From contig JAXSNR010000002.1 of the NCBI GenBank assembly GCA_037925075.1, positions 480,001 through 544,000 of the forward strand: a stretch of 64,000 bases of DNA, written 5' to 3'. Positions within the stretch are counted from its first letter, which is position 1. Each line of letters begins with the position of its first letter. A program made the translations under genes and the position numbers. The notes under the pieces were generated by a model. That model was not told where the DNA came from, ran no database searches, and worked only from the letters and a program-made list of their open reading frames with translations. Source of the stretch: Aquificaceae bacterium (lineage in GTDB: Bacteria > Aquificota > Aquificia > Aquificales > Aquificaceae). Of this stretch, positions 1-10,298 are shown in pieces.

Positions 1-30
1 GTTGCATTCTGCGGTAGAAGGTCTAAAATC

Positions 31-39
31 TGTTATAAT
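31..39 (+). promoter_or_regulatory. Extended -10 promoter (TGtTATAAT) for rpmE-prfA
   Basis: TGTTATAAT about 25 nt upstream of the rpmE ATG; a second TTGCAT-N16-TAAAAT pair at 2-29. Confidence 0.6.
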
Positions 40-63
40 AGAGCGTCTTATGGAGGTAAAAGG

Positions 64-249
64 ATGAAGAAGGGCATACACCCGGAGCTTAAGCCTACGC
101 ATTTTGTCTGTGGTTGTGGGAACAGCTTTACACTGCTTTCCACAAAGGGCGGGACCGTTTACCTTGAAACTTGCAATGCATGCCATCCCTTCTACACGGG
201 CAAGCTCAGGGTAAAACCAGCCTTTTTGGAGCTTGCGGGCAAGGGTTAA
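64..249 (+). CDS. rpmE: 50S ribosomal protein L31 (Zn-binding type)
   Basis: MKKGIHP...CGCG...[10 protein letters not shown] motif; GGAGG SD upstream. Confidence 0.97.
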   Translation: MKKGIHPELKPTHFVCGCGNSFTLLSTKGGTVYLETCNACHPFYTGKLRVKPAFLELAGKG

Positions 250-1322
250 TGCTCAGCACAGAGTTTGAAGAAAAGCTAAAAGCGGTAGAACAGAGGTATT
301 TGGAATTACAGTATCAGCTTAGCAGTCCAGAGGTAGTATCAGACATAGAAAAGCTCACAAGGCTTGGAAAGGAGCTAAAAGAGATAGAAGAGGTCTACAA
401 GGCATACAGAAACTACAAGAAACTACTCTCCGACCTTGAGCAGGCAAGGGAGCTTCTAAAAAACGAAGAGCTCAGGGACCTTGCAAAAGAAGAGATAGAA
501 AGGCTCACACAGGAGCTAGAAAGATTAGAAAAAAACATAAAGATACTTCTTCTTCCCAAGGACCCGAGGGATAGCAAGAATGTGATACTGGAGATAAGGG
601 CAGGTGTGGGTGGTGAAGAGGCGGCACTTTTTGTTGCGGACCTCCTTAACATGTATCAGAAATATGCGGAAGAAAAGGGTTGGAGGTTTAGCATACTCTC
701 CACAAACAGAACAGGTCTTGGAGGATACAAGGAGGTGGTAGCCCTCGTAGAAGGTGAGGGTGTGTATTCAAGGCTTAAGTTTGAAAGTGGAGTCCATAGA
801 GTTCAAAGGGTGCCCGTCACCGAGGCAGGGGGTAGGATACATACATCCACCGCAACCGTGGCGGTACTTCCAGAAACCGACGAGACGGAGATTCAAATAG
901 ACCCAAAGGACCTAAAGGTTGAGACCTTCAGGGCAAGCGGTGCAGGCGGTCAGTATGTGAATACCACAGAAACTGCGGTAAGAATCACACACATTCCAAC
1001 TGGCATAAGCGTCTCCTGTCAGGATGAAAGGTCCCAGTTTCAAAACAGGCAGAAGGCTTTCAAGATTCTGTACGCAAGGCTTAAGGACTTTTATGAGAGG
1101 CAAAGGGAAGAGGAGATCTCAAAGGAAAGAAAACAGCAGGTGGGCACAGGAGAAAGAAGCGAAAAGATCAGGACCTACAACTTTCCTCAAAACAGGGTCA
1201 CAGACCACAGGATAAACCTAACCCTTTACAAATTGGGGGATGTACTTGAAGGCAAGTTGGATGAACTTATAGACGCCTTAGTGGAACACCACTTGGAGGA
1301 AAGGCTTAAAGCCATTGCATAA
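249..1322 (+). CDS. prfA: Peptide chain release factor 1
   Basis: GGQ motif, PVT specificity tripeptide (QRVPVTE), [12 protein letters not shown]; start set at ATG 249 overlapping the rpmE stop. Confidence 0.97.
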   Translation: MLSTEFEEKLKAVEQRYLELQYQLSSPEVVSDIEKLTRLGKELKEIEEVYKAYRNYKKLLSDLEQARELLKNEELRDLAKEEIERLTQELERLEKNIKILLLPKDPRDSKNVILEIRAGVGGEEAALFVADLLNMYQKYAEEKGWRFSILSTNRTGLGGYKEVVALVEGEGVYSRLKFESGVHRVQRVPVTEAGGRIHTSTATVAVLPETDETEIQIDPKDLKVETFRASGAGGQYVNTTETAVRITHIPTGISVSCQDERSQFQNRQKAFKILYARLKDFYERQREEEISKERKQQVGTGERSEKIRTYNFPQNRVTDHRINLTLYKLGDVLEGKLDELIDALVEHHLEERLKAIA

Positions 1323-2169
1323 GCCTGTATGGTCTAAGGATATTGCCCTCAACAAGCCCAACCCCAATAAATGTATCGCCTTCGTAAAGCCTTACAAAAG
1401 CCCTTTCAAGGTTTTCTCTGAGCTTGACCACAGAGCCATGTCTTATTCTTCTTGAAAGCTCATCACCGAGGTTTATTCTTGGCATAAAGCTGAGAGCCTC
1501 TCCCACAGAGATTAAAAGTCCAGACAGGTCCTCTAAGGTTAGCAGTTTGCTATAAGCTATGGCCATTTCCACTCTAAAGCCACCTACACTCACCCTTCTG
1601 AGTTCAAGCACATGAGCACCGCAAGAAAGCCTTAGCCCAAGGTCATGAACGAGGCTCCTTATGTAGGTTCCAGAGGACACCTCAAAGAAAAGATCCACAA
1701 AAGGCAAAGCACAGCCCAAAAGCTCCGCCCTGTAGATGTAAACCTCCACAGGCTCCATTTCAACGCTTATGCCCTTCCTTGCCAACTGGTATGCCCTTTT
1801 GCCAGCAAGACGCTTTGCGGAAAAGGGTGGAGGCCTTTGGAGGATTTTTCCTACAAAATCCTTTAAGGTCTCCTTTATATGCTCACAGGACACTTCCACC
1901 GGCCTTGACTCAATAACTTCACCCTCCGCGTCATAGGTGTTGGTAATTTCGCCAAGCTTTGCCCTTGTAGTATATGCCTTATTAAGCCCGGTGAAGAACT
2001 GGGAGAACTTGGTGGCCTCTCCCACAAGGACTATGAGAAGCCCAGTAGCTATAGGGTCAAGGGTGCCAGCGTGCCCAACCTTTACTCTAAACCGCTTCCT
2101 TATTCCTTCGAGGACTTCCATGGATGTGGGTCCCTTAGGCTTGTCTACAAGGAGAACACCTGAGACCAT
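1306..2169 (-). CDS. truB: tRNA pseudouridine(55) synthase
   Basis: [27 protein letters not shown] motifs. Confidence 0.97.
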   Translation of the reverse strand: MVSGVLLVDKPKGPTSMEVLEGIRKRFRVKVGHAGTLDPIATGLLIVLVGEATKFSQFFTGLNKAYTTRAKLGEITNTYDAEGEVIESRPVEVSCEHIKETLKDFVGKILQRPPPFSAKRLAGKRAYQLARKGISVEMEPVEVYIYRAELLGCALPFVDLFFEVSSGTYIRSLVHDLGLRLSCGAHVLELRRVSVGGFRVEMAIAYSKLLTLEDLSGLLISVGEALSFMPRINLGDELSRRIRHGSVVKLRENLERAFVRLYEGDTFIGVGLVEGNILRPYRLMQWL

Positions 2170-3101
2170 TAGCTTAGAAAATCCTTTAGATGCCTTTTCA
2201 TAGCCATGTTTCTGAGTTTTCTAAGTGCCCTCGTTTCTAACTGACGCACCCTTTCTCTGGAGATTTGCAGTATTTCCCCTATCTCCCTTAGAGTCCTAGG
2301 CTCTTCACCTCTTAAACCAAACCTCAGCTCTATAACCCTTCTTTCCTTCTCTGGGAGCCTGTCCAAAAGGTCCTCTATCTCCTTTTCTAGTACCTCGCTT
2401 ATTATCCTCTCTTCTACATCCGCGGTGCCATGCTGACTTAAAAAGTCTACAAAAAAGGTATCTTCATTTTCACCAACGGGTGCATCCAAAGATAGGGGGA
2501 CCTTGCAAAGTTGGAGGCATTTGTCCACTTCCTCTGGACTGATCCTGTAGCCCTCTTTTCTGATCTTCTTTTTTATCTCCTCTTCCGTGGGCTCACGACC
2601 CAGCTCTTTACTCAACTCGTTATAAAGCACATCTTTTGTGTATTCGTAGGCTATTTCCTCAGAGGTGGGTTCTCTCTCAAGCTCTTTGTAGAGCCTGCTG
2701 TATATACCGCTTATGCGGTTTATAAGATGGGACTGTTTTATAGGAATTCTCACCGCACCCGTTTGCTGAGAGAGAGCTTGCATTATGGCCTGTCTTATCC
2801 ACCAAACCGCATAGGATATAAACTTTACGCCACGGTCTGGGTCAAACCTCTTTGCCGCCTCAATGAGGCCATGGTTGCCCGCAGCTATAAGCTCAGACAG
2901 GGGAAGACCATAGCCCAAATACTGCTTTGCTATGCTTATAACAAATCTGAGGTTTGACTCCACAAGTCTTCTAAAAGCCTGCTGGTCTCCTTCTTTTGCC
3001 CTCCTGGCCACCTCCTTTTCTTCTTCCGGGGTAAGAAGGGGGATTTTGGACACCTTTTTAAGGTATTGGTTTATTATCTCTTGTTCAGTATCTGGTATCA
3101 T
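2169..3101 (-). CDS. RNA polymerase sigma-70 factor, RpoD/RpoS family, lacking region 1.1 (RpoS-like)
   Basis: LVESNLRFV, KFISYAVWWIRQAI, TLREIG..ISRERVRQLE. Confidence 0.92.
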   Translation of the reverse strand: MIPDTEQEIINQYLKKVSKIPLLTPEEEKEVARRAKEGDQQAFRRLVESNLRFVISIAKQYLGYGLPLSELIAAGNHGLIEAAKRFDPDRGVKFISYAVWWIRQAIMQALSQQTGAVRIPIKQSHLINRISGIYSRLYKELEREPTSEEIAYEYTKDVLYNELSKELGREPTEEEIKKKIRKEGYRISPEEVDKCLQLCKVPLSLDAPVGENEDTFFVDFLSQHGTADVEERIISEVLEKEIEDLLDRLPEKERRVIELRFGLRGEEPRTLREIGEILQISRERVRQLETRALRKLRNMAMKRHLKDFLS

Positions 3102-3105
3102 GTTC

Positions 3106-4509
3106 TCACCTCAGCCTGAGCACAAGGAAAAGGTTGTTGCCCCTTCTTCTTATGAGTAGAAGAGCGCTTTCTCTGCCTGCCTGTCTGAGGGCATCTATGT
3201 TCTGTTGGAATTCCCTTACGTTTGAAACGGGTCTGTTGCCCACCTGAAGTATAACATCTCCTGAAATTATACCGCTCTGCATGGCAAGGCTGTTGGGATT
3301 AACCCTTACCACAAGAACCCCCTTAGTGCCGAGCCTCCTCTCTTCCTCTGGAGTGAGGTCCCTGAGAACAAGCCCAAGTTCCGCCTCACCAAGCTCTTCC
3401 CCGGCTGTGGGCATCTCTTCCGGCATTTCTCCTACCTTTATTCTTAGGCTTATCTCCTTGCCTTCCCTTATTACCTTTAGGTTTATCTCCTTACCCGGCT
3501 CTGTCCTCATTATTTTGAATTGAAGCTCCCTTACCTCGCTCACCCTTTGACCGTCTACCTCAACCACCACGTCCCCGACTCTGAGACCACCCTTGTCCGC
3601 AGGGCTTCCGGGCATTATCTGGGCTATTATTACACCCTCCGCTATTCCAAGGCTTTCCGCCATATCTGGTGTTATATCCTGTATAACTACACCAAGCCAG
3701 CCCCTTGTGACCTTGCCTTTGGCTATCAGTTGGTCTGCGACCCATTTGGCTAGGTTTATGGGTATGGCAAAGCCAAGCCCCTGTCCTTCTGCCAGTATGG
3801 CGGTGTTTATACCTATCACCTCGCCCCTTATGTTCACAAGGGGTCCTCCAGAGTTTCCCGGGTTTATAGCGGCGTCTGTTTGGATAAAGCTCTCATACTG
3901 AGTTATGCCTATTGCCCTCCTCAAGGCGGATATTACACCCACCGTTACAGTCCTTTCAAGCCCGTATGGGTTTCCGATGGCTATAACCAACTGACCCACC
4001 TTTAGCTTATCTGAATCGCCGAGCTTTGCTACCCTACCCTCTGGGTTCTGAATGTCTTTGTCGTCAACTTCTATTACCGCCACGTCCGTTTTTGGGTCTG
4101 TGCCTACTATTTTTGCTCTCTTTTCTTTATGCCTGTCAAACCTAACCCTTATGGCTCTTGCGTTCTGCACCACGTGGCTGTTGGTTAGTATGTAAAACTT
4201 GCCCTTTTTGTAGTCTATTATCACGCCAGAGCCCAAAGACCTCCTTTCTTGGGGTGGAATCTGGAAGGGAAAGGGAAATTCAAGGTTGGTAGCCTCTTGA
4301 GTGGCAAATATGGTTACCACGGAGGGTGAGACCGCTTCCACTATGGCGGTTAGTTCCTGTTCAAACTGAGAAAGCACTTGAGAGGAAACCACCGGTTTAT
4401 CCTGTGGAGGAGGTGTGTTTGCCTTTTGAAGGGTCTGTGCCTTACAACCAAGAAGAAATAAAAGACTTATGAAAAAGGCACTAAGCAGAGCCATCTTTTT
4501 CCTCCTCAT
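3106..4509 (-). CDS. htrA: HtrA/DegP periplasmic serine protease with two PDZ domains
   Basis: LTNSHVV, IQTDAAINPGNSGGPL, lipoprotein-like signal (LLGC), two PDZ domains. Confidence 0.95.
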   Translation of the reverse strand: MRRKKMALLSAFFISLLFLLGCKAQTLQKANTPPPQDKPVVSSQVLSQFEQELTAIVEAVSPSVVTIFATQEATNLEFPFPFQIPPQERRSLGSGVIIDYKKGKFYILTNSHVVQNARAIRVRFDRHKEKRAKIVGTDPKTDVAVIEVDDKDIQNPEGRVAKLGDSDKLKVGQLVIAIGNPYGLERTVTVGVISALRRAIGITQYESFIQTDAAINPGNSGGPLVNIRGEVIGINTAILAEGQGLGFAIPINLAKWVADQLIAKGKVTRGWLGVVIQDITPDMAESLGIAEGVIIAQIMPGSPADKGGLRVGDVVVEVDGQRVSEVRELQFKIMRTEPGKEINLKVIREGKEISLRIKVGEMPEEMPTAGEELGEAELGLVLRDLTPEEERRLGTKGVLVVRVNPNSLAMQSGIISGDVILQVGNRPVSNVREFQQNIDALRQAGRESALLLIRRRGNNLFLVLRLR

Positions 4510-5162
4510 TCTCTAACCTCACAGGAAAAGAATAAAACTCTGAAGAGGGCCTTGTCAATTTTGTATATCATACTTTCAATCCCCTTCTTTGAGATTATAC
4601 CACCCTTGGAGAGTGGATTAAAGGAGGAACCCGTATAGTGGAAAAACCTCACCAAGTCCCACCCACTAAAGGGTATGGGAAGGTCCTCAAGAAAAAACGC
4701 CCTTATTTTGGCCCTTTCTTTGAGAAGACTGAGGACATCTTCCACTTTTGGAAAGGGAAAGCCAAACTCTGGCAGGCTTCCTCTCACTGGCATGGCACAG
4801 AGAAAAAGCCCTCTACAAACCCTGATGGTTTCTGGTATGCTTTTGCTCAGGTCAGTCCAGTGAAGGGCAAAATTGCTTATCACGCAGTCAAAGCTCTTAT
4901 CTTTAAAAGGTAAGGCTTGGGCATCCCCGAGTACAGCCACGCCAAACCTCTCTTTGTAAACCCTTGCCATACCCATGGCTATATCTACGCCAACCACCTT
5001 TTCAAGACCTTCACTGAGAAACCCTGTGCCGCATCCAAGGTCAAGGACACGCCCCTCTATCCTTTCAAGGGCTCTGAGTTTTTGTGCGGAGTGCCTCTGA
5101 GGGGTTGCCCACTCTTCGTAGCTACCGCAGGCTCTTGAGAACCTCAAAGATAAGACTTTCAT
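4506..5162 (-). CDS. bioC: Malonyl-ACP O-methyltransferase BioC-like SAM methyltransferase
   Basis: FSRA..SYEEWA.PQ N-terminus, VLDLGCGTG, SNFALHW; adjacent to bioH-like gene. Confidence 0.82.
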   Translation of the reverse strand: MKVLSLRFSRACGSYEEWATPQRHSAQKLRALERIEGRVLDLGCGTGFLSEGLEKVVGVDIAMGMARVYKERFGVAVLGDAQALPFKDKSFDCVISNFALHWTDLSKSIPETIRVCRGLFLCAMPVRGSLPEFGFPFPKVEDVLSLLKERAKIRAFFLEDLPIPFSGWDLVRFFHYTGSSFNPLSKGGIISKKGIESMIYKIDKALFRVLFFSCEVRE

Positions 5163-5868
5163 CCTCTGGAAAGTGTCCTCCTGGGAAGGTTATTAATTTA
5201 GACCTTCTTAGCATGTTGTAAAGGGTAAGGGCGGAAGAGAAGGGGGTTATGGGGTCATAAAGACCGTGAAGGATATAAACCCTTTGCCTTATGTGTGGCA
5301 GTATGGGTCTTATGTCAAGCTCCATGTAGTCTTTGAGAAGTCTCTTTGCTCCTTCTACGTGGATGCTGTCTTCAAAAGCCTTTGGATAGGCAAGGCTTCT
5401 AAACTCTTTGAGAAAAGCTTCTCCTTCCCTTTCAAGCCTTAGCAAAAAACTCCTTAGGTTTTTTCTGCTCCATATACAGCCAAAGCAGGCACTGGTTCCT
5501 ATAAGCAAGGATGCCCTAACCTTTTCTGGGTACAGGTAGGCTATCAGGAGTGCCAAGCTTGCACCCAAAGACCAGCCAATAAGGATAGAAGATTTGGGAA
5601 TTTTTAAGGCTATAGTTTTTGCAAGATTGTGAAGCCCTTCATAAGTTAAGGTGCTTTTTCCATGAAAGGGAAGGTCAAAGGAGGGAACGCCTTTTAGGAC
5701 TTTTGAGCTAAAGCCCCATCCATGAAGAAAGAAAAGCGGGTCCGGAGGGACTCGAACCCCCGACCTAGGGATTAGAAATCCCTTGCTCTGTCCAGCTGAG
5801 CTACGGACCCTCGGGGTGGCAGGACTTGAACCTGCGACCTTTGGCTCCCAAAGCCAACGCTCTCCCAC
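5122..5868 (-). CDS. bioH: BioH-like alpha/beta hydrolase (pimeloyl-ACP methyl ester esterase); start uncertain because the frame overlaps two tRNAs
   Basis: FLHGWG, GWSLG nucleophile elbow, HGLYDPI and GGHFP triad residues; recognisable domain starts about 5736. Confidence 0.75.
   Translation of the reverse strand: MGERWLWEPKVAGSSPATPRVRSSAGQSKGFLIPRSGVRVPPDPLFFLHGWGFSSKVLKGVPSFDLPFHGKSTLTYEGLHNLAKTIALKIPKSSILIGWSLGASLALLIAYLYPEKVRASLLIGTSACFGCIWSRKNLRSFLLRLEREGEAFLKEFRSLAYPKAFEDSIHVEGAKRLLKDYMELDIRPILPHIRQRVYILHGLYDPITPFSSALTLYNMLRRSKLITFPGGHFPEDESLIFEVLKSLR
5737..5810 (-). tRNA. tRNA-Arg(TCT), CCA not encoded
   Basis: GGGTCCG/CGGACCC acceptor stem, AGGGA-TTTCTAA-TCCCT anticodon arm, GTTCGA T-loop. 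Confidence 0.96.
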
Positions 5869-5883
5869 CTGAGCTACACCCCG
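5811..5883 (-). tRNA. tRNA-Pro(TGG), CCA not encoded
   Basis: CGGGGTG/CACCCCG acceptor stem, TTGGC-TTTGGGA-GCCAA anticodon arm, GTTCAA T-loop. Confidence 0.96.
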
Positions 5884-5901
5884 TAGATATAAAATTATAC
5901 C

Positions 5902-6927
<1,026 letters not shown>

Positions 6928-6988
6928 TTATTATAGCACCCTAAAACTTTAATGGAAGCCTACTCTTCTGTGATATGATTTTTAAACT

Positions 6989-8197
6989 ATGCGTGTGGCT
7001 TTTCTAAGACAGGGAAAGGAGCTTGGGATCAACAGGCATGTGTTGTCTTTTCTTGAGGCTTTCAGAGAAAAGGGTGTGGAGGTTCAGGACTTTGACCTAA
7101 CTGAGGGCGACCTTCAGGAGGTGGTAAACAGGCTTTTGGAGTTTTCTCCTCTTTTTACCCTTGACCTTAACGGTAGCTGTGTGGTCTTCGGAGAAAGGGA
7201 TGGTCAAAGGCTTCCCATTTTTGACGCCTTTGGCTTTGTCCATGTGAGCCTCTTTACCGACGAGCCACTCTTTCACTTCCCAGTTCTCTTTGACCTAAGA
7301 CAGGCGAACAACTTCCTCCCTGTGATTACGGACCTCAAGTATGCGGACAGCCTAAAGTTTCTTGGGCACGAAAGGGGCACCTTCTACATAACCCCCTTTG
7401 TGGACCCAAGCCAGATGCCAGAACCTCCTGAGGAAAAGGACATACAGGTGGTCTTTCTTGGACCTGCGGTGGACCCCAATATAATAGCCCAACAGGCCCT
7501 TCAGAACCTAAAGGAAGACCTTGTCCCTTACTTCTTTGAGGTGGGCGAGTTTCTCTTCAGAAACCCTGAGGCACATCTCCTGTATGCCAGTGAATACATA
7601 CTTTCTATGTTTAACCCAAGCTTCCAAGAAGAGTTTGCAAGATGGCGTCAGGAAAATCCTCAGGATTACATAAGGCTTCTCAACGATATAAGCTTTTTTG
7701 CAACCGCCAGAAAAAGGTGGTACATCCTTAGCTTCCTTGAGGGTATAAACCTAAAAATAGTTGGTGCCTTTGAGGGTGAGCTAAGGGAAGGGCATGAGCA
7801 TGTACCAATACAAAACTGGGACCAAGCCCTTGATATCATAGGAAGGTCCCACATGACCCTTCTTAGCTACCCCCATGCGGTTCCCACCGGTGTGGGCTTT
7901 GCACCTTTGGAAGTGGCCTTTATGGGTAGTGCGCCCCTTATAGATTTTAGGGCAACCCTGCCGGGCTTTTTCAGTCCCGGGCAAGAGGTGATAACCTATT
8001 TCCCCCTTGACAGGGCGGATATAGAGGAGAAGGTGGTTTATTATCTTGAAAACCTTGATGAAGCCAGAGAGATAGGAAGAAGAGCAAGAGAGAAGGTGTT
8101 GCAAAGCTATACACCCCAAGACAGAGCAGAGTTTCTGCACAAGATGTTTGAGGATATGGTTTCTCAGGCTAAAGCTAAGCAAAACAGTGAAAGCTGA
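6989..8197 (+). CDS. Putative glycosyltransferase (CgeB/Glyco_trans_1_2-like C-terminus)
   Basis: C-terminal EVA..G..L.DF....F.PG.EV.Y...EEKV.YYL.N..EA..IG..AR.KV pattern. Confidence 0.65.
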   Translation: MRVAFLRQGKELGINRHVLSFLEAFREKGVEVQDFDLTEGDLQEVVNRLLEFSPLFTLDLNGSCVVFGERDGQRLPIFDAFGFVHVSLFTDEPLFHFPVLFDLRQANNFLPVITDLKYADSLKFLGHERGTFYITPFVDPSQMPEPPEEKDIQVVFLGPAVDPNIIAQQALQNLKEDLVPYFFEVGEFLFRNPEAHLLYASEYILSMFNPSFQEEFARWRQENPQDYIRLLNDISFFATARKRWYILSFLEGINLKIVGAFEGELREGHEHVPIQNWDQALDIIGRSHMTLLSYPHAVPTGVGFAPLEVAFMGSAPLIDFRATLPGFFSPGQEVITYFPLDRADIEEKVVYYLENLDEAREIGRRAREKVLQSYTPQDRAEFLHKMFEDMVSQAKAKQNSES

Positions 8198-8850
8198 TGT
8201 TTCCCACCTTTGGCACCCTTGTGAACGCAGGGCTCATTCTGGTTGGTAGCCTTGTGGGCAGTAGGCTATCAGGGGCCATTCCAGAAGGGTTAAGAATTTC
8301 CCTCATGCAAGGGATAGGACTTTTTACCCTTATTCTTGGGATTAGGCTAATCTCGGAGAACAAGCCTGAACTTTTGAAGGTTTTCTTTCTTTTGGTGGTT
8401 GGCTCTCTTATTGGTAGTTTCCTAAAGCTTGAGGAGAGAATTGAGAGCTTAACCAGCAAGCCATCGGACATTACCAAGGGCTTCCTTTCCGCTTCCCTTC
8501 TCTTTACGGTTGGACCCATGACCCTTATGGGTTGTATCCTTGAGGGTGCAAAGGGCGATAGCTCCCTAATACTCTCAAAGGCTTTTATGGATGGCTTTTC
8601 TTCCATAATTCTGTCTTCATCCTTGGGTAAGGGCGTTTTCTTCTCCGCGCTGTATGTTCTTCTTTTTCAGGGCTTTATCACCCTTACCGCCTACTTTTTT
8701 GGGGAGTTTCTAAGGGAGCAAGCTATGGCAAATGCCCTGTTCATTGGAGGTGGCTTAATGCTTCTTACCGCTATGAAGATGCTTGAGGTGTTAAGGGATG
8801 TGAAGATTCTAAACCTTATGCCATCCCTTGTGCTTGCACTGTTCTTATAA
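8197..8850 (+). CDS. DUF554 family membrane protein
   Basis: GTLVNA..I..GS..G, LF.VGPM...G, KA.MDG, multiple TM helices. Confidence 0.85.
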   Translation: MFPTFGTLVNAGLILVGSLVGSRLSGAIPEGLRISLMQGIGLFTLILGIRLISENKPELLKVFFLLVVGSLIGSFLKLEERIESLTSKPSDITKGFLSASLLFTVGPMTLMGCILEGAKGDSSLILSKAFMDGFSSIILSSSLGKGVFFSALYVLLFQGFITLTAYFFGEFLREQAMANALFIGGGLMLLTAMKMLEVLRDVKILNLMPSLVLALFL

Positions 8851-8851
8851 A

Positions 8852-9499
8852 TCATTGTGTTAAATACAAAACCTCGTTCATCTGGTAAATTTTTCCCACT
8901 ATCGCCGGTGAAAGCCTCTCCTCTAAGGCTCTTGCCACTTCATCTTCACTCTCCTTTAAAAGGGGGTAGTTAGTGGTTATTAAGGTGCTTTTGAGGAAGT
9001 TGTACCTATGGCTTATTATGTAGGAAAGCACCTCTATACGCCAATCGGATAGCCTTTCACTTCCCAAGTCATCAAGGGCTAAAAGGGGTGCGTTCAAAAG
9101 TAGGTTCATAAAACGTTGGTACTTTTCGGTGTTTGTGTAGCCCTGAAGCCTATAAAATAGGTCCTTCGTATCAAAGAAAAGCCCTCTTATTCTCTTTTTT
9201 CTGTAAACGGTTTTCAAAATAGCCACCACGAGATGGGTTTTCCCCATCTGCGGAGGACCTATAAGGGACAAACCCTTTCCTTCCTGTGGTTCAAAGGTGT
9301 AGGCGTAATGCACACAAGTTTCGAGAGCCCTTCTCTGTGCTGGTGATATGGGTATGTAGTTTTCAAACTCAGCGTTAACAAACCTTGGAGGTATGTTTAG
9401 GTATCTCTGAAGGTTTACCCCCTCGTACCTGCAACTGCACATCTCCAACACCCCTCCCCTGTCTACAAAGCCCGTTCCACCACACTTGGGACAATCCAT
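8852..9499 (-). CDS. dnaC: DnaC-like AAA+ helicase loader (IstB/DnaC family)
   Basis: N-terminal CxxC..CxC, Walker A GPPQMGKTHL, Walker B LDDLG, LITTN. Confidence 0.82.
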   Translation of the reverse strand: MDCPKCGGTGFVDRGGVLEMCSCRYEGVNLQRYLNIPPRFVNAEFENYIPISPAQRRALETCVHYAYTFEPQEGKGLSLIGPPQMGKTHLVVAILKTVYRKKRIRGLFFDTKDLFYRLQGYTNTEKYQRFMNLLLNAPLLALDDLGSERLSDWRIEVLSYIISHRYNFLKSTLITTNYPLLKESEDEVARALEERLSPAIVGKIYQMNEVLYLTQ

Positions 9500-9516
9500 G
9501 GAATAAAATATAAGCG

Positions 9517-10272
9517 ATGCCCCTCTTTCTGCTAACCAACGATGATGGGTACTTCTCAGAAGGTATAAAGGCCCTAAGGGAAGAGCTCAAAAGCCTTGGG
9601 AAGGTAATAACTGTTGCCCCAGACAGAAACCTAAGCGGTGTTGGGCATTCTCTGACTTTTACGCAACCACTGAGGATAAGGAGGGTGGATGAGGACTTCT
9701 GGACGGTTATAGGTGGAACGCCGGCGGACTGCGTGCACTTTGGATATTACCTCTTCCTTGAGGGCAAAAAGCCAGACCTTGTATGCTCGGGAATAAACGA
9801 TGGTCCAAACCTTGGAGAAGACATAACTTACTCGGGCACCGTATCCGGTGCCATGGAAGGTCGGATCTTGGGCATCCCCTCTGTCGCCTTTTCCGCCTTC
9901 GGAAGTGGAGAGGTGGACTTTTCACAACTGGCAAAGGTGGCAAAGAGGGTAGTACTCAAGGTGCTTGAAGTAGGAATGCCAGAGGACACATACCTAAACG
10001 TAAACATACCAAACCTACCAAGCGATGAGATAAAGGGCTTTATGCTTACCCGTCAGGGAAGAAGGGCATACAAGGAAAGAGTTCTAAAGCTTTCGGACCC
10101 CTCTGGAAGACCCCTTTATTGGATAACCGCGGAAGAGTTCGGTTGGCACTTAGAAGAAGGCACAGACTACTGGGCGGTATACCATGGCTATGTATCCATA
10201 ACACCTCTTCAGCTTGACCTTACAAACTACAAAGCTCTAAGGCTTCTCGAAGACTTAAATTTTAATTTATGA
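9517..10272 (+). CDS. surE: 5'/3'-nucleotidase SurE
   Basis: LLTNDDG, GTPADCV, SGIN.GPNLG.D..YSGTV. Confidence 0.97.
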   Translation: MPLFLLTNDDGYFSEGIKALREELKSLGKVITVAPDRNLSGVGHSLTFTQPLRIRRVDEDFWTVIGGTPADCVHFGYYLFLEGKKPDLVCSGINDGPNLGEDITYSGTVSGAMEGRILGIPSVAFSAFGSGEVDFSQLAKVAKRVVLKVLEVGMPEDTYLNVNIPNLPSDEIKGFMLTRQGRRAYKERVLKLSDPSGRPLYWITAEEFGWHLEEGTDYWAVYHGYVSITPLQLDLTNYKALRLLEDLNFNL

Positions 10273-10298
10273 GGGTTGGGAGCATAAACCCTTAGGAA

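Noticed and set aside
8852..9499. IS21 IstB helper or prophage replication gene
   Set aside because: No IstA transposase, terminal repeats or phage genes; core-gene context fits a chromosomal DnaC
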